Assembly (NCBI GenBank): GCA_002415855.1 | Contig: DIAS01000056.1 | Span: 2,274 to 66,273, forward strand | Source of the DNA: Bacteroidales bacterium UBA5072 | GTDB taxonomy: Bacteria > Bacteroidota > Bacteroidia > Bacteroidales > UBA10428 | DNA: 64,000 nucleotides | Reading direction: 5' to 3' | Shown: positions 27,728 through 37,600 of the stretch, in pieces | Position numbering within the stretch: position 1 is the stretch's first letter | Layout of the letters: each line of letters begins with the position of its first letter | Notes under the pieces: model-generated | What the model was told of the DNA's origin: nothing | Databases searched by the model: none | Seen by the model: the letters and a program-made list of their open reading frames with translations, nothing else | Translations under genes and position numbers: made by a program

Positions 27728-29099
27728 ACTTTTTTATTTTATTGTAAAGCGTCTGGCGTGATATTCCCAGCTGACTTGCAACGGCAGTGTGCTTCCCGTT
27801 ATGCTTGTCGAGTGCAGCTTCGATCATATGTTTTTCCATCTCATCGAGGGTGAGCAAATTGGTCCCTGTAGCCTTACCAGCCGATTTAAAAACAAAGTCA
27901 TCAGGAGTCAGGGTTCCGGCATCGCTGAGAATCACTGCTTTCTCAATTGTATGCTGCAATTCCCTTACGTTTCCCGGCCAGGGATATTCCGATAGCTTAT
28001 GCAAAGCCTTAGGACTGATTTTAAGCGGAGGCTTACGGTACTTTCTTTCAAAACAGGCAAGGAAGTAAGAAGCCAGGGATTCAATATCGCCCCCCCGTTC
28101 ACGAAGCGGCGGGACCTCGATCCAGATGGTGTTGATCCGGTATAGCAAGTCTTCGCGAAATCTATGCTGTGCAACGAGTTGTTCCAGATCGCAGTTGGTG
28201 GCGCAAATAAGACGGATGTCAACAGGAACAGTCTGGTTGGAGCCGACAGGAATTATGGTCCGGCTTTGCAGCGCGGTCAGCAGTTTTGATTGAAGCGCAT
28301 GTGGCAGGTTGCCTATTTCATCAAGGAAAAGTGTTCCTCTGTGGGCAAGTTGGAATTTCCCAATGCGATCTTCATGCGCATCGGTGAAAGCCCCCTTTTT
28401 GTGACCGAAAAGTTCGCTTTCGAATAGCGTTTCCGGGATTGCTCCCATATCAACGCTTACCAGTAATTCGTTGTTTCGTTCCGATCTCCGGTGTATCTCG
28501 TATGCCACCAGCTCCTTCCCTGTTCCGTTCTCACCTGTTATCAGAACATTGGCATCGGTTTTGGCCACTTTTGCAATGGTCTGCATCATGCTTATAATCC
28601 CCGGAGAGGTTCCTACCATTTGCCGCTGTTCCTGATTCAACTCTTTCTTAATGGTTTGTTCCCTTTGCTTCAACTCTTCTACCTGCACAATGGAGCGCCT
28701 GAGCTTCAGCGTAGCCAGTAAGGTTGCCAGTAACTTCTCATTTTCCCAGGGTTTTAAAATAAAATCGGCAGCTCCGTTCTTTAACGCTTTAACTGCAAGT
28801 TCAACATCACCATAAGCGGTAATCATTACTACTTCGGTTGTTGGTGATCTTCTCTTTATCTCACCCAGCCAGTATAATCCCTCATTACCGGTATTAATCC
28901 CGGCAGAGAAGTTCATATCGAGCAACACGATATCGTAATCCTCCTTTTCTAAAGCAGCAGGGATTAAATTCGGATTGGCCAGGGCTACAACCAGCTCGAA
29001 ATCAAGCTGTAGAAGCATCTTTAAGGCACTAAGCGCATTTTTATTGTCATCTACAACAAGTATTCTACCATTTTGCATGATCATGATCTTAACTATCAA
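27717..29099 (-). CDS. sigma-54-dependent response regulator, paralog of 22412-23788
   Basis: ILVVDDN, GENGTGKE, ESELFGH, and HTH VASQLGISRQTLYNKIKKY. The true start may be a few codons inside (MQNGRILVV). Confidence 0.9.
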   Translation of the reverse strand: MIVKIMIMQNGRILVVDDNKNALSALKMLLQLDFELVVALANPNLIPAALEKEDYDIVLLDMNFSAGINTGNEGLYWLGEIKRRSPTTEVVMITAYGDVELAVKALKNGAADFILKPWENEKLLATLLATLKLRRSIVQVEELKQREQTIKKELNQEQRQMVGTSPGIISMMQTIAKVAKTDANVLITGENGTGKELVAYEIHRRSERNNELLVSVDMGAIPETLFESELFGHKKGAFTDAHEDRIGKFQLAHRGTLFLDEIGNLPHALQSKLLTALQSRTIIPVGSNQTVPVDIRLICATNCDLEQLVAQHRFREDLLYRINTIWIEVPPLRERGGDIESLASYFLACFERKYRKPPLKISPKALHKLSEYPWPGNVRELQHTIEKAVILSDAGTLTPDDFVFKSAGKATGTNLLTLDEMEKHMIEAALDKHNGKHTAVASQLGISRQTLYNKIKKYDL

Positions 29100-29222
29100 A
29101 TGTATGGAACTTCTGAAACAGGTTAAAGAAAGTGTCCAATTATTTTACACATTGTGGTGATTATTTTACAGTTTTTACAGAGGCAATTTCATAAGTGGTT
29201 ACCTGTGAAACAAATACATATG

Positions 29223-29237
29223 TGGCATCGAATTTGA
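29223..29237 (+). promoter_or_regulatory. candidate sigma-54 promoter (-24/-12)
   Basis: TGGCAT-cgaat-TTGA, 24 nt upstream of the ATG at 29261. Same form as the element at 23929. A direct repeat ATTATTTTACA x2 (29139-29149 and 29160-29170) lies upstream. Confidence 0.5.
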
Positions 29238-29260
29238 CCTTTTTGCTAAAAACTTGCAGC

Positions 29261-29974
29261 ATGATAAAAACCATTGATCTTACCAAGGTTTTCCGTACCG
29301 ATGAAGTGGAAACTACAGCCCTCAGTAAAATAAATCTTGCAGTCAGAAAAGGCGAGTTTGTCGCCGTTATGGGTCCTTCGGGATGCGGAAAATCGACCTT
29401 GCTGAATATTATTGGTTTAATTGACAATCTCACGGAAGGACAATATTTCTTCGACGAAAAAGATGTTTCAAAACTGAAGGAAGGAGACCGCACACAAATG
29501 CGTAAGGGAAATATCGGGTTTGTGTTTCAAAGCTTTAACCTGATAGATGAGTTGACAGTATTTGAAAATGTGGAATTACCTCTCGTGTATATGCGGATCC
29601 GGGAATCAATCCGCAAGAAGATGGTGGAGCATATTCTGGAAAGGATGAAGATCGGCCATCGCAGAAGTCATTTCCCCCAGCAACTTTCGGGAGGACAGCA
29701 GCAACGCGTTGCAATTGCCCGTGCTGTGGTGGCAGGTCCCAAACTAATCCTTGCCGATGAACCTACCGGTAATCTCGACTCAAAGAACGGTCTCGAAGTG
29801 ATGAAATTGTTGTCAGAGCTGAACAAGGAGGGAACAACCATTGTTATGGTCACCCACTCTGAAAGGGACTCAGGCTACGCGCACCGTGTGGTAAACCTTT
29901 TCGACGGCAGGATCATCACCGAAGAAATGAAGAGGAGTATGGAGGTGGCTTACCGGGAGAGTGAGGAGATATAA
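29261..29974 (+). CDS. ABC transporter ATP-binding protein (MacB/LolD type)
   Basis: Starts MIKTIDLTKVF. Walker A GPSGCGKST, signature LSGGQQQR, Walker B LILADEPT. The GTG-extended ORF from 29195 would cover the sigma-54 element, so the ATG at 29261 is preferred. Confidence 0.9.
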   Translation: MIKTIDLTKVFRTDEVETTALSKINLAVRKGEFVAVMGPSGCGKSTLLNIIGLIDNLTEGQYFFDEKDVSKLKEGDRTQMRKGNIGFVFQSFNLIDELTVFENVELPLVYMRIRESIRKKMVEHILERMKIGHRRSHFPQQLSGGQQQRVAIARAVVAGPKLILADEPTGNLDSKNGLEVMKLLSELNKEGTTIVMVTHSERDSGYAHRVVNLFDGRIITEEMKRSMEVAYRESEEI

Positions 29975-30233
29975 GGAAAGAAGGTAAATGGTAAACAGTA
30001 AAAGGTTGCTGCCGTTGCTGCACCAATACTCCAGTCAGAATTTCAGGCAATACAGGCTATCACCAGAGTTGTGCAGACCGGCATGGTGTTTTCGTTGGGA
30101 AGCATGAAAATAGAAGAACCCAAGGCATGTTTCGGGGTGGTCGAAGGCGGGTTTATCTTCATCATGGAAACCACCCGCGGAAAGCATAAGAGAGAAGCCG
30201 TAAAGCAACATCAGACTGTGATTTCAGGAAACC

Positions 30234-32606
30234 ATGAACGTAAAATTTTATTCTATGATTAAGTATTTCTCCAAAATTGCCTTTCGTTACCTGTGGCACC
30301 ACAAAACATACAGCGGCCTCAATTATGCCTGCCTGGCATTCGGATTTAGCTGTGCCATTATTGCAGCACTTTATATACTCAATATATACAGTTACGACAA
30401 ATTTCATAAAAACTATGACCGGCTCTATGCTGTTGAAGCCCTGGTAACTTTTTTTAACGGGGATCAATTCCCGAAAGAATATCTTTCTGCTTCACTGCCT
30501 GATTTGCTGAAAAAACATGCCCCGGAAATTGAAGAGATAACCAGGGTCGCCGAACGAAGCTTTTCTTTTGTCAGTGGAGACAAAACGCTCATTTGTGATG
30601 GATTATATGCTGACAACAACTTTTTCGATGTCTTTACTTTTCCATTAATTCAGGGGAATAATCTCGATTTGCTCAGTGATCTGAACGCAATAGCAATTTC
30701 GGAACCAATGGCCATGAGATTCTTTGAAAGTACTGATTGCGTAGGTAGGTTCCTTATTCTAAAAGACGGGCAAAAACAGGGAGTTTTTAAAATTTCCGGT
30801 GTATTCCGGAAAGTTCCTGCTCAATCGTTCATGCAGTTCGATTTTGTAATTCCTTTCTCAAAATTCCTCGCAGAAAACAGTTATGCCCTCGAAGCCGGGG
30901 CTTCCTCCAACCTGACCTGGATAGTATTGAAGCAAAATATTGATTATAAGTTAGTGAATAACAAGATAAAAAAGCTGATCGAAAGCCAGGAAGCCAATTT
31001 AAACCAGGAATTGTTCCTGTTTCCGCTTAAAGAAAAGATATTATACGATTATGCCGGCGGCAAGAGGATATGGGGTGAGATGCAAAGGGTTGTCATTGTT
31101 GGTGCTGTCGGACTGGTAATTCTTTTAATTGCATGTTTCAATTTTATAAACCTGGCTATAGCTGTAAATATCAGGAGGTATCGCGAAGCCGGAATCAAGA
31201 AAGTGGTTGGTTCAAAAAAATCCATAATTGTCTATCAGTTTCTGGGCGAAACATTGGTTATTATTCTGGCAAGCCTTTCAAGTGCTGCCTTGTTGGTCAA
31301 TCTGCTTCTGCCTGAGCTGAACGCTATGCTGAACACCAATATTCATCTCCGCTTGCTGGATCTCAGGATGATCGCATTTTTCATATCTGTTGCCCTGTTT
31401 ACGGGTTTGGTTGCCGGTTTATTTCCAGCCCTGTACCTCGCATCATCCACCCCCCAGAGTATTTTAAAAGGAAATACAATTACCCGACACAGTTACAGTA
31501 TTTTACGACAAAGCCTGATCGTTTTCCAATTCACCATTCCTATTGCACTGATAATATGCATGATGATTATTAAAGCCCAGGATAGCTACATGCGCAATTA
31601 TGATGTCGGGGTGGATAAGGACAAGCTGATCGTTCTGGAAAATTCTGAAAACATGATGAACCATGCCGATGCAGTAAAGACTGAATTACTTGCTATTCCA
31701 GGTATTGAGGGAGTAAGTTACACCAATTGCATCCCCTCCAGAGGAGCAAGGGTTTCAAATGAAGTCAGCTGGGAAGGTAAGGATGTTACGGAAAAACTCC
31801 ATTTCTGGTGCATCAATGCTGATTTTGATTACAACAAAGTGGTAAAGATCAACATGTTCGATGGAAGATTCTTCGATCCTGCATTTCCTTCCGATTCTGA
31901 GTGTTATGTGATTAATGATATTGCCGCACAGGTGATGAAGAATGATAATCCGCTTGGTTCAACCATCACGCTCGATGGAAAAAAAGGAACGATCATCGGC
32001 GTCATTAAGGACTTTTATGCAATTGATCTTGCCGGACCCCTGGTACCTGTGATCATTGGCACTGGACCAGCCCCAAAACCATCACTGCTGGTAAAGTATT
32101 CATCCGGGACATACGCTTCCATAACCGATGAAATTAAGAAAGTCCATAACCGGTACTGCCCCGACACACCCTTTAAGGCAACGCTGTTTCGTGACCTGGC
32201 CTCTTACAGCAATCTGAGTCTGCCTTCCATGCTTATCGGACTGGCTTTTATGATTGCTTTGTTACTGGCATGCATGGGATTGTTCGGACTCGCATCGTTT
32301 ACAGCTGAAAGCAGGACCAAAGAGATCGGCATCAGGAAGACAAACGGGGCAACAACGAAATCGATTATGGGTCTGTTGCTTACCAATTACATCAAATGGC
32401 TGACCATTTCATTTTTAATCGCCTTACCCATAGCATTTATTTTAGGGAAAACCTTTCTGGCAAGGTTCTATTTTCATACGCCAATCCCGCTTTGGGCATT
32501 TCTGCCGGGACCGGCAATTGCTTTTGTTGTTGCATTATCAACGGTCAGTTCCCAAACCTGGAATGTTGCACGAAGAAACCCTGTGGAGGCGTTGAGATAT
32601 GAATAA
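30234..32606 (+). CDS. ABC transporter permease, FtsX/MacB type
   Basis: MIKYFSKIAFRYLWHHK is a family-typical N-terminus, so the start could be the ATG at 30255. C-terminus RRNPVEALRYE. Confidence 0.85.
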   Translation: MNVKFYSMIKYFSKIAFRYLWHHKTYSGLNYACLAFGFSCAIIAALYILNIYSYDKFHKNYDRLYAVEALVTFFNGDQFPKEYLSASLPDLLKKHAPEIEEITRVAERSFSFVSGDKTLICDGLYADNNFFDVFTFPLIQGNNLDLLSDLNAIAISEPMAMRFFESTDCVGRFLILKDGQKQGVFKISGVFRKVPAQSFMQFDFVIPFSKFLAENSYALEAGASSNLTWIVLKQNIDYKLVNNKIKKLIESQEANLNQELFLFPLKEKILYDYAGGKRIWGEMQRVVIVGAVGLVILLIACFNFINLAIAVNIRRYREAGIKKVVGSKKSIIVYQFLGETLVIILASLSSAALLVNLLLPELNAMLNTNIHLRLLDLRMIAFFISVALFTGLVAGLFPALYLASSTPQSILKGNTITRHSYSILRQSLIVFQFTIPIALIICMMIIKAQDSYMRNYDVGVDKDKLIVLENSENMMNHADAVKTELLAIPGIEGVSYTNCIPSRGARVSNEVSWEGKDVTEKLHFWCINADFDYNKVVKINMFDGRFFDPAFPSDSECYVINDIAAQVMKNDNPLGSTITLDGKKGTIIGVIKDFYAIDLAGPLVPVIIGTGPAPKPSLLVKYSSGTYASITDEIKKVHNRYCPDTPFKATLFRDLASYSNLSLPSMLIGLAFMIALLLACMGLFGLASFTAESRTKEIGIRKTNGATTKSIMGLLLTNYIKWLTISFLIALPIAFILGKTFLARFYFHTPIPLWAFLPGPAIAFVVALSTVSSQTWNVARRNPVEALRYE

Positions 32607-32656
32607 TGACACATTGCGACACGACTTTAAATAATTAGGCTAATAAACCGGGAACC

Positions 32657-35035
32657 ATGATTAAATATTTCTTAAAACTGGCCATCCGCAAATTTCAATC
32701 CAGTTGGTTACTGTTTGCAGGAAGTATTTTCACGGTGTCCACGGGAGCCTTATGCCTATCGCTTTTGCTATCCTATGTTGAAAATGAACTCACCATGAAT
32801 GGATTTCATAACCGCGAGAAGGATATCTACATGATGACGTTTCAAATATCACCGGAGAGCCAGCGTGACCCTTGCGATGCCAGTAGATTATTAAAATTCG
32901 ATTACAAAGACTATCCTGAGCTTGAAAGTCTTGTAACACTTAAGAAATACACCAAAGATGAAATAAAGGTCATAGCCGGAGAATCGTCCTTTTCACCTGA
33001 AGTACTCATTGCCGACAGCACTTTTTTCAATTTTTTCGACTTTAAGCTTTTAACCGGGAATAAAAAAACAATACTTGCTGATCCCGGCACTGCCATAATT
33101 ACCGAAGACTATGCCCGAAAAATATTTGGAAACGAAGATCCTGTCGGGCAGGAGATTAAAGTAACTACCCGTGTAAGTAAAACATTTACAATACAAGGGG
33201 TACTTGAAAAGCTGCCCTCCAACAGCTCCATTACCTTTGACATAGTTATTCCCAGCCATTCCGGCACTTATGAAAGACCCGGAGCTGATTTCCTGCTCGT
33301 AAACAAACCATTTAATCAGAAGGCGTTTGAGAAGAAAATTGAAAACATGGGAAATTCCATGTTCTCGGGAAGTAAACTGGGCTTACTATCTTTTAGCGAA
33401 ATTTATTTCTGTGAAAACCCCAATTTCGTTTTTAAACTCATCTTCACACGTTTTGGGGATAAAAAGAATGTTCATGTGTTAGGTGTAATCATGCTTATCG
33501 TTTTCGCCATAACGGTATTGAATTTTAGCGGCTTTCAGATCATTCAAATCAATGCAGGCATAAAGGATATTGGATTAGGGAAGGTTATGGGCATAAAGAA
33601 AAGGGAACTTCTTATGCAAAAAGCAGTCGAAATCATGGTGCTGATCTTTTTATCCTCCTTGGTAGTTACCTTTGCCTATGTGGCTGTTCTACCCTATTTT
33701 AACAGTTTTACCAAGGTTTTACTTTCTCCGTCTGTATTGAAAATTATCGTGCTGAACGTTGCAATCATTATCGCTCTTTTTGCATTGGCGTTAATATATC
33801 CCACTATGATAGCCTTGAAGATCCCGATTATCAGTAGCCTGAAGGGGAAAGTATTTTCGGGCAGTTTTCTTGCCAGTCAAAAATCGATTGTAACCATACA
33901 ATATACGCTTACGATAGCTTCCATTGTAGCTTTTTTAGTGATTTTCAAACAGGTATCATTTATGTTACATAAAAACCCTGGATTTAGTCCTGAAAATGTG
34001 ATCAGGGTAAACATGTATAAGGAATTGCCTTTTACCGGGAGTGAGAATGATTGGAAGAAAAGGGAGGCTGAAAAGCAAAAAAGCTACCAGTATTTACGGA
34101 ATGAACTGGCATCTATTCGGGCTATTGAAGCCTTTGCACAGGGTGACGCTCCTATTAACCCTCAGGTACTCATGTCATGGAAACTGAAGGGAGATGAAAA
34201 GGCCTATTTAAGTACGCACGGTTTGTTTGTACAACCGGATTATTTGCAGGTGCTAGGGCTTCAACTTTCTGAAGGCCGGTTTTTTGACGCAAAATTAGAT
34301 AAATCGAGAGCGAATAGAATTGTAATCAATGAAGCAGCAAAAAAATACTGGGGGATTAAAGACATTCGTGAAAGCTTTTTGCAGATGGGGGAAGGAGATA
34401 GCGCAGGACATGAAATCATAGGTGTGGTGAAGGATTTCAACTTCCAGCATCTTTCAGGTAAGCCCCAACCTTTGGTCATGTCCTATTTTGAGGATATAAG
34501 CATGGGTTTTCTCATCAGATTTAAAGAAGGTTCAGTGCATAGTGGGTTACAATCTGTTGCAAAACTATTTAAGGAAGTCAATCCGGGAGAAGATTTCAGT
34601 TACAGCTTTCTTTCAGATGAAATCGCAGTGCTGTACCAAAAGGAAAAACGGCTAAGCCAGATATACTTTGTATTCACTATCATTGCTTTGTTAATTACAA
34701 CCATGGGGATATTTGTAATTGCCGTTCACGATGCACAACGGCGCACCAAAGAAATCGGTATCCGTAAGGTGAACGGCGCCCGGATTGGTGAGATTATGTT
34801 TATGCTCAACAAAGACTTTGTGAAGCTGGTTCTTCTTGCCTTTGTCATTGCCTGCCCCATTGCCTGGTATGCCATGCACAAATGGCTGCAAGAATTTGCC
34901 TATAAAACAGCCTTGAGCTGGTGGGTATTTGCAGCTGCAGGAGCAGTTGCGATAACAGTTGCGTTGCTTACGGTGAGCTGGCAGAGCTGGCGGGCGGCAA
35001 CAAGAAATCCGGTGGAGGCGCTGAGATATGAATAA
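32657..35035 (+). CDS. ABC transporter permease, FtsX/MacB type
   Basis: MIKYFLKLAIRKF... with a duplicated FtsX module. C-terminus TRNPVEALRYE. Confidence 0.85.
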   Translation: MIKYFLKLAIRKFQSSWLLFAGSIFTVSTGALCLSLLLSYVENELTMNGFHNREKDIYMMTFQISPESQRDPCDASRLLKFDYKDYPELESLVTLKKYTKDEIKVIAGESSFSPEVLIADSTFFNFFDFKLLTGNKKTILADPGTAIITEDYARKIFGNEDPVGQEIKVTTRVSKTFTIQGVLEKLPSNSSITFDIVIPSHSGTYERPGADFLLVNKPFNQKAFEKKIENMGNSMFSGSKLGLLSFSEIYFCENPNFVFKLIFTRFGDKKNVHVLGVIMLIVFAITVLNFSGFQIIQINAGIKDIGLGKVMGIKKRELLMQKAVEIMVLIFLSSLVVTFAYVAVLPYFNSFTKVLLSPSVLKIIVLNVAIIIALFALALIYPTMIALKIPIISSLKGKVFSGSFLASQKSIVTIQYTLTIASIVAFLVIFKQVSFMLHKNPGFSPENVIRVNMYKELPFTGSENDWKKREAEKQKSYQYLRNELASIRAIEAFAQGDAPINPQVLMSWKLKGDEKAYLSTHGLFVQPDYLQVLGLQLSEGRFFDAKLDKSRANRIVINEAAKKYWGIKDIRESFLQMGEGDSAGHEIIGVVKDFNFQHLSGKPQPLVMSYFEDISMGFLIRFKEGSVHSGLQSVAKLFKEVNPGEDFSYSFLSDEIAVLYQKEKRLSQIYFVFTIIALLITTMGIFVIAVHDAQRRTKEIGIRKVNGARIGEIMFMLNKDFVKLVLLAFVIACPIAWYAMHKWLQEFAYKTALSWWVFAAAGAVAITVALLTVSWQSWRAATRNPVEALRYE

Positions 35036-35100
35036 CGGGAAGAGCTGAAACCTGAAAACCCTGAAAAGATCAAACCAAAGAATCAAGAAGAACAAAAAAT

Positions 35101-37536
35101 ATGTATATGTTGAGAATCATCCGGAGATTGTATCATGGATTATCCTGGTTTATTATTAATCTGGTTGGATTAAGCACAGCCATGGCCTGCCTGTTGGCTA
35201 CGTTATTATTTGTGCTGAATGAACTTGGTTATGACAGAATGCATGCAAAAGCAGGAAGGATCTATCGTGTGACAACTGACAGCAACGAAGGGGCAACTTC
35301 AATGCATCCCGCCCGGGTTGCCGGTGACTGGCCCAAACAACTAATGCTGGACTATCCAGTTATCGAAAAAATGGTAAGGTTGGTGCCATTTCGGAAAGCT
35401 GTCGTAAAAATTGGTGATCAAAAATTCTTTTGTTCAAATGCCTTTTCAACCGATAGTTCATTCTTTGATGTATTCGATTTTAAAATCATATCAGGAAATC
35501 CGGAAAAGGCATTTTCCCTTCCGGGCCGGGCATTTATCTGCAAAAGTCTGGCCATGAAATATTATGGGAACATCAATGTGACAGGCCGTGAAATAACCAT
35601 CATGCACCAGCAGGATCCTAATCCCAAAACGTACATGATCGATGGCGTTATGGAGGACTTTCCTGAAAATTCGCACTTTCATGCCGAATTGCTGACCTCT
35701 TTTACCACTGTTGAAGATCGAACAACCTGGGCTTATACCTATTTCCTGATGAAAGCGGGTACCGATGTGGAAGCATTGCGGAATACCATTCAGCAGAAAT
35801 GGATAAAAGAAAACAAAGATAAATCGTCCATTCAAATTCTATACTTTCAGAAACTTACTGATATTCATCTATTCAGCCACAAAGCACGAGAAATGGAAAA
35901 GAATGGCGACATCCGTTCACTCCTGCTGTTGGGGAGCGGAGCCATGATCATTCTTTTTATCGCACTCTTTAATTTTTTGAATCTTACCCGTGTTCAATTC
36001 ATTTCAGGATTGAAATCGATGAAGGTTAAAATGATAATTGGTGCTTCAAAAATGCGTGTGGCCTGGGAAATGATAACCAGGTCGTTATTACTCTCCGTGC
36101 CGTCCTTCCTGACAGGCCTGATCGTGGCAACAGAACTAGGCAGGATACTTGGTATAAGCATTCTTCAGCCAGGTCAGATCAAAGGAATTATTTTTGTTGC
36201 TGTCGGATTCATCGCAGTAATTGCCCTTATTTCGGTATTTCCGCTTGTCACATCCGGATTTTCAATAGAAAGAAAAGATACGGTTACCGAAAGGAATTTG
36301 TATGGAGCACCCTTAATTGCACAAATTGCACTATCGGTAATAGCCATCACCTGCACAATTGGTTTATACCGACAGTTGGATTACATAAGAAACCAACACC
36401 CGGCCTCACGAAATGCAAATATGCTGGTAATTCCCGATAATCCATGGGAGACGGTGCAACGATACGATGCTTTTAAAAGCGAATTACTGAGTCATACCTC
36501 CATAACCAATGTAACTGCCGCAATGGAAGAACCGGGAGGTGATATCCTTGACGGTTGTCTTTTTGAGATGGAGGGAGTGGATACAAAAGAAGATCAACCC
36601 ATAAATATTTTTACAATCGATGCTGACTTCTTTAATACGATGGGTATTCGTCCATTAGCCGGAACAACCGACATCGATTTTACACCTTCGCAACAATGGG
36701 AGGCAACAGCAATTGATTTAAATACGCTCCGTAACAAGGGTAGCGGTAATGAGCAGGAAATAGCTGAAATGGAAAGAAAGCTTGGGAATTATCGCGAGAA
36801 ATACATCCTGAATGAAAGCGCCCTCAGATTATTGGGTATATCGAATCCCCAGGATGCCATCGGAAAGCGTTTCAGGCTGACATTCTTCATACCGGAGCTG
36901 TTCCCCGAAGGCGAAGTGATCGGGGTTGTCCCTGATTTCCATTATACTAACCTGTTTAGCCAGGAAAAACCCCTGGTGATTGCCCCGCGTAAGCTTTTCA
37001 ATTATTGCTTTATTGTCGGCATTGATCCCCTGCAACGGAAAAAGGCGATAGCAACAATTCAGTCAGCCTGGCAAAAAACCAATCCTGAATATCCACTGCA
37101 ATTCGAATACATTACCGAAAGTTATCAGAAAGTTTACACAACGGAATATTCACAAACAAAGGTTTTGTCGCTCTTTGCCGTGATCTCGGTTATTATATCT
37201 GCAATGGGGATTTTTGCCCTTGCTGCGTTCAGCATGCAACGCCGTACCAAGGAAATTGGCATCCGCAAGGTAAACGGTGCCCGTGTTTCGGAGGTTATGG
37301 CTATGCTCAACAAGGACTTCGTGAAATGGCTGATCATTGCCTTTGTCATCGCCTGCCCCATTGCCTGGTACGCCATGCATAAATGGCTCCAGAACTTTGC
37401 ATATAAAACGATATTACATTGGTGGATTTTTTTGGCAGCAGGAGCAGTGGCAGTGTTGGTAGCGTTGCTTACGGTTAGCTGGCAGAGTTGGCGGGCAGCA
37501 ACCAGGAACCCTGTGGAAGCACTGAGATATGAATAG
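35101..37536 (+). CDS. ABC transporter permease, FtsX/MacB type
   Basis: Same architecture. The C-terminal ~100 aa are ~80% identical to the preceding paralog. Ends TRNPVEALRYE. Confidence 0.85.
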   Translation: MYMLRIIRRLYHGLSWFIINLVGLSTAMACLLATLLFVLNELGYDRMHAKAGRIYRVTTDSNEGATSMHPARVAGDWPKQLMLDYPVIEKMVRLVPFRKAVVKIGDQKFFCSNAFSTDSSFFDVFDFKIISGNPEKAFSLPGRAFICKSLAMKYYGNINVTGREITIMHQQDPNPKTYMIDGVMEDFPENSHFHAELLTSFTTVEDRTTWAYTYFLMKAGTDVEALRNTIQQKWIKENKDKSSIQILYFQKLTDIHLFSHKAREMEKNGDIRSLLLLGSGAMIILFIALFNFLNLTRVQFISGLKSMKVKMIIGASKMRVAWEMITRSLLLSVPSFLTGLIVATELGRILGISILQPGQIKGIIFVAVGFIAVIALISVFPLVTSGFSIERKDTVTERNLYGAPLIAQIALSVIAITCTIGLYRQLDYIRNQHPASRNANMLVIPDNPWETVQRYDAFKSELLSHTSITNVTAAMEEPGGDILDGCLFEMEGVDTKEDQPINIFTIDADFFNTMGIRPLAGTTDIDFTPSQQWEATAIDLNTLRNKGSGNEQEIAEMERKLGNYREKYILNESALRLLGISNPQDAIGKRFRLTFFIPELFPEGEVIGVVPDFHYTNLFSQEKPLVIAPRKLFNYCFIVGIDPLQRKKAIATIQSAWQKTNPEYPLQFEYITESYQKVYTTEYSQTKVLSLFAVISVIISAMGIFALAAFSMQRRTKEIGIRKVNGARVSEVMAMLNKDFVKWLIIAFVIACPIAWYAMHKWLQNFAYKTILHWWIFLAAGAVAVLVALLTVSWQSWRAATRNPVEALRYE

Positions 37537-37600
37537 TATTGAATAGGTCTGGCCTGGACGAAAAGTCCTCTTTCAGAAATTGTTTTAGCCTGGTAACGCT

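Noticed and set aside
29195-29260. GTG-initiated 5' extension of the ABC ATPase ORF (MVTCETNTYVASNLTFLLKTCS)
   Set aside because: The extension has no counterpart in the family, whose members start MIK..DL.K. It would also cover the TGGCAT-N5-TTGA promoter-like element. The ATG at 29261 is preferred.
30071-30262. 63-aa ORF and a GGGTGGT...ACCACCC stem in the 259-nt gap between the ATPase and the first permease
   Set aside because: The ORF has a non-ATG start, no recognisable motif, and runs into the permease start. The stem has a 28-nt loop and no supporting evidence. It is left as unexplained spacer.
34690-37536. Possible recent gene conversion between the C-terminal ~100 codons of the two adjacent FtsX permeases (~80% protein identity versus strongly diverged N-terminal parts)
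   Set aside because: The DNA alignment by eye shows many synonymous differences across the region. The similarity therefore reflects purifying selection on the last FtsX module rather than a recent conversion tract.
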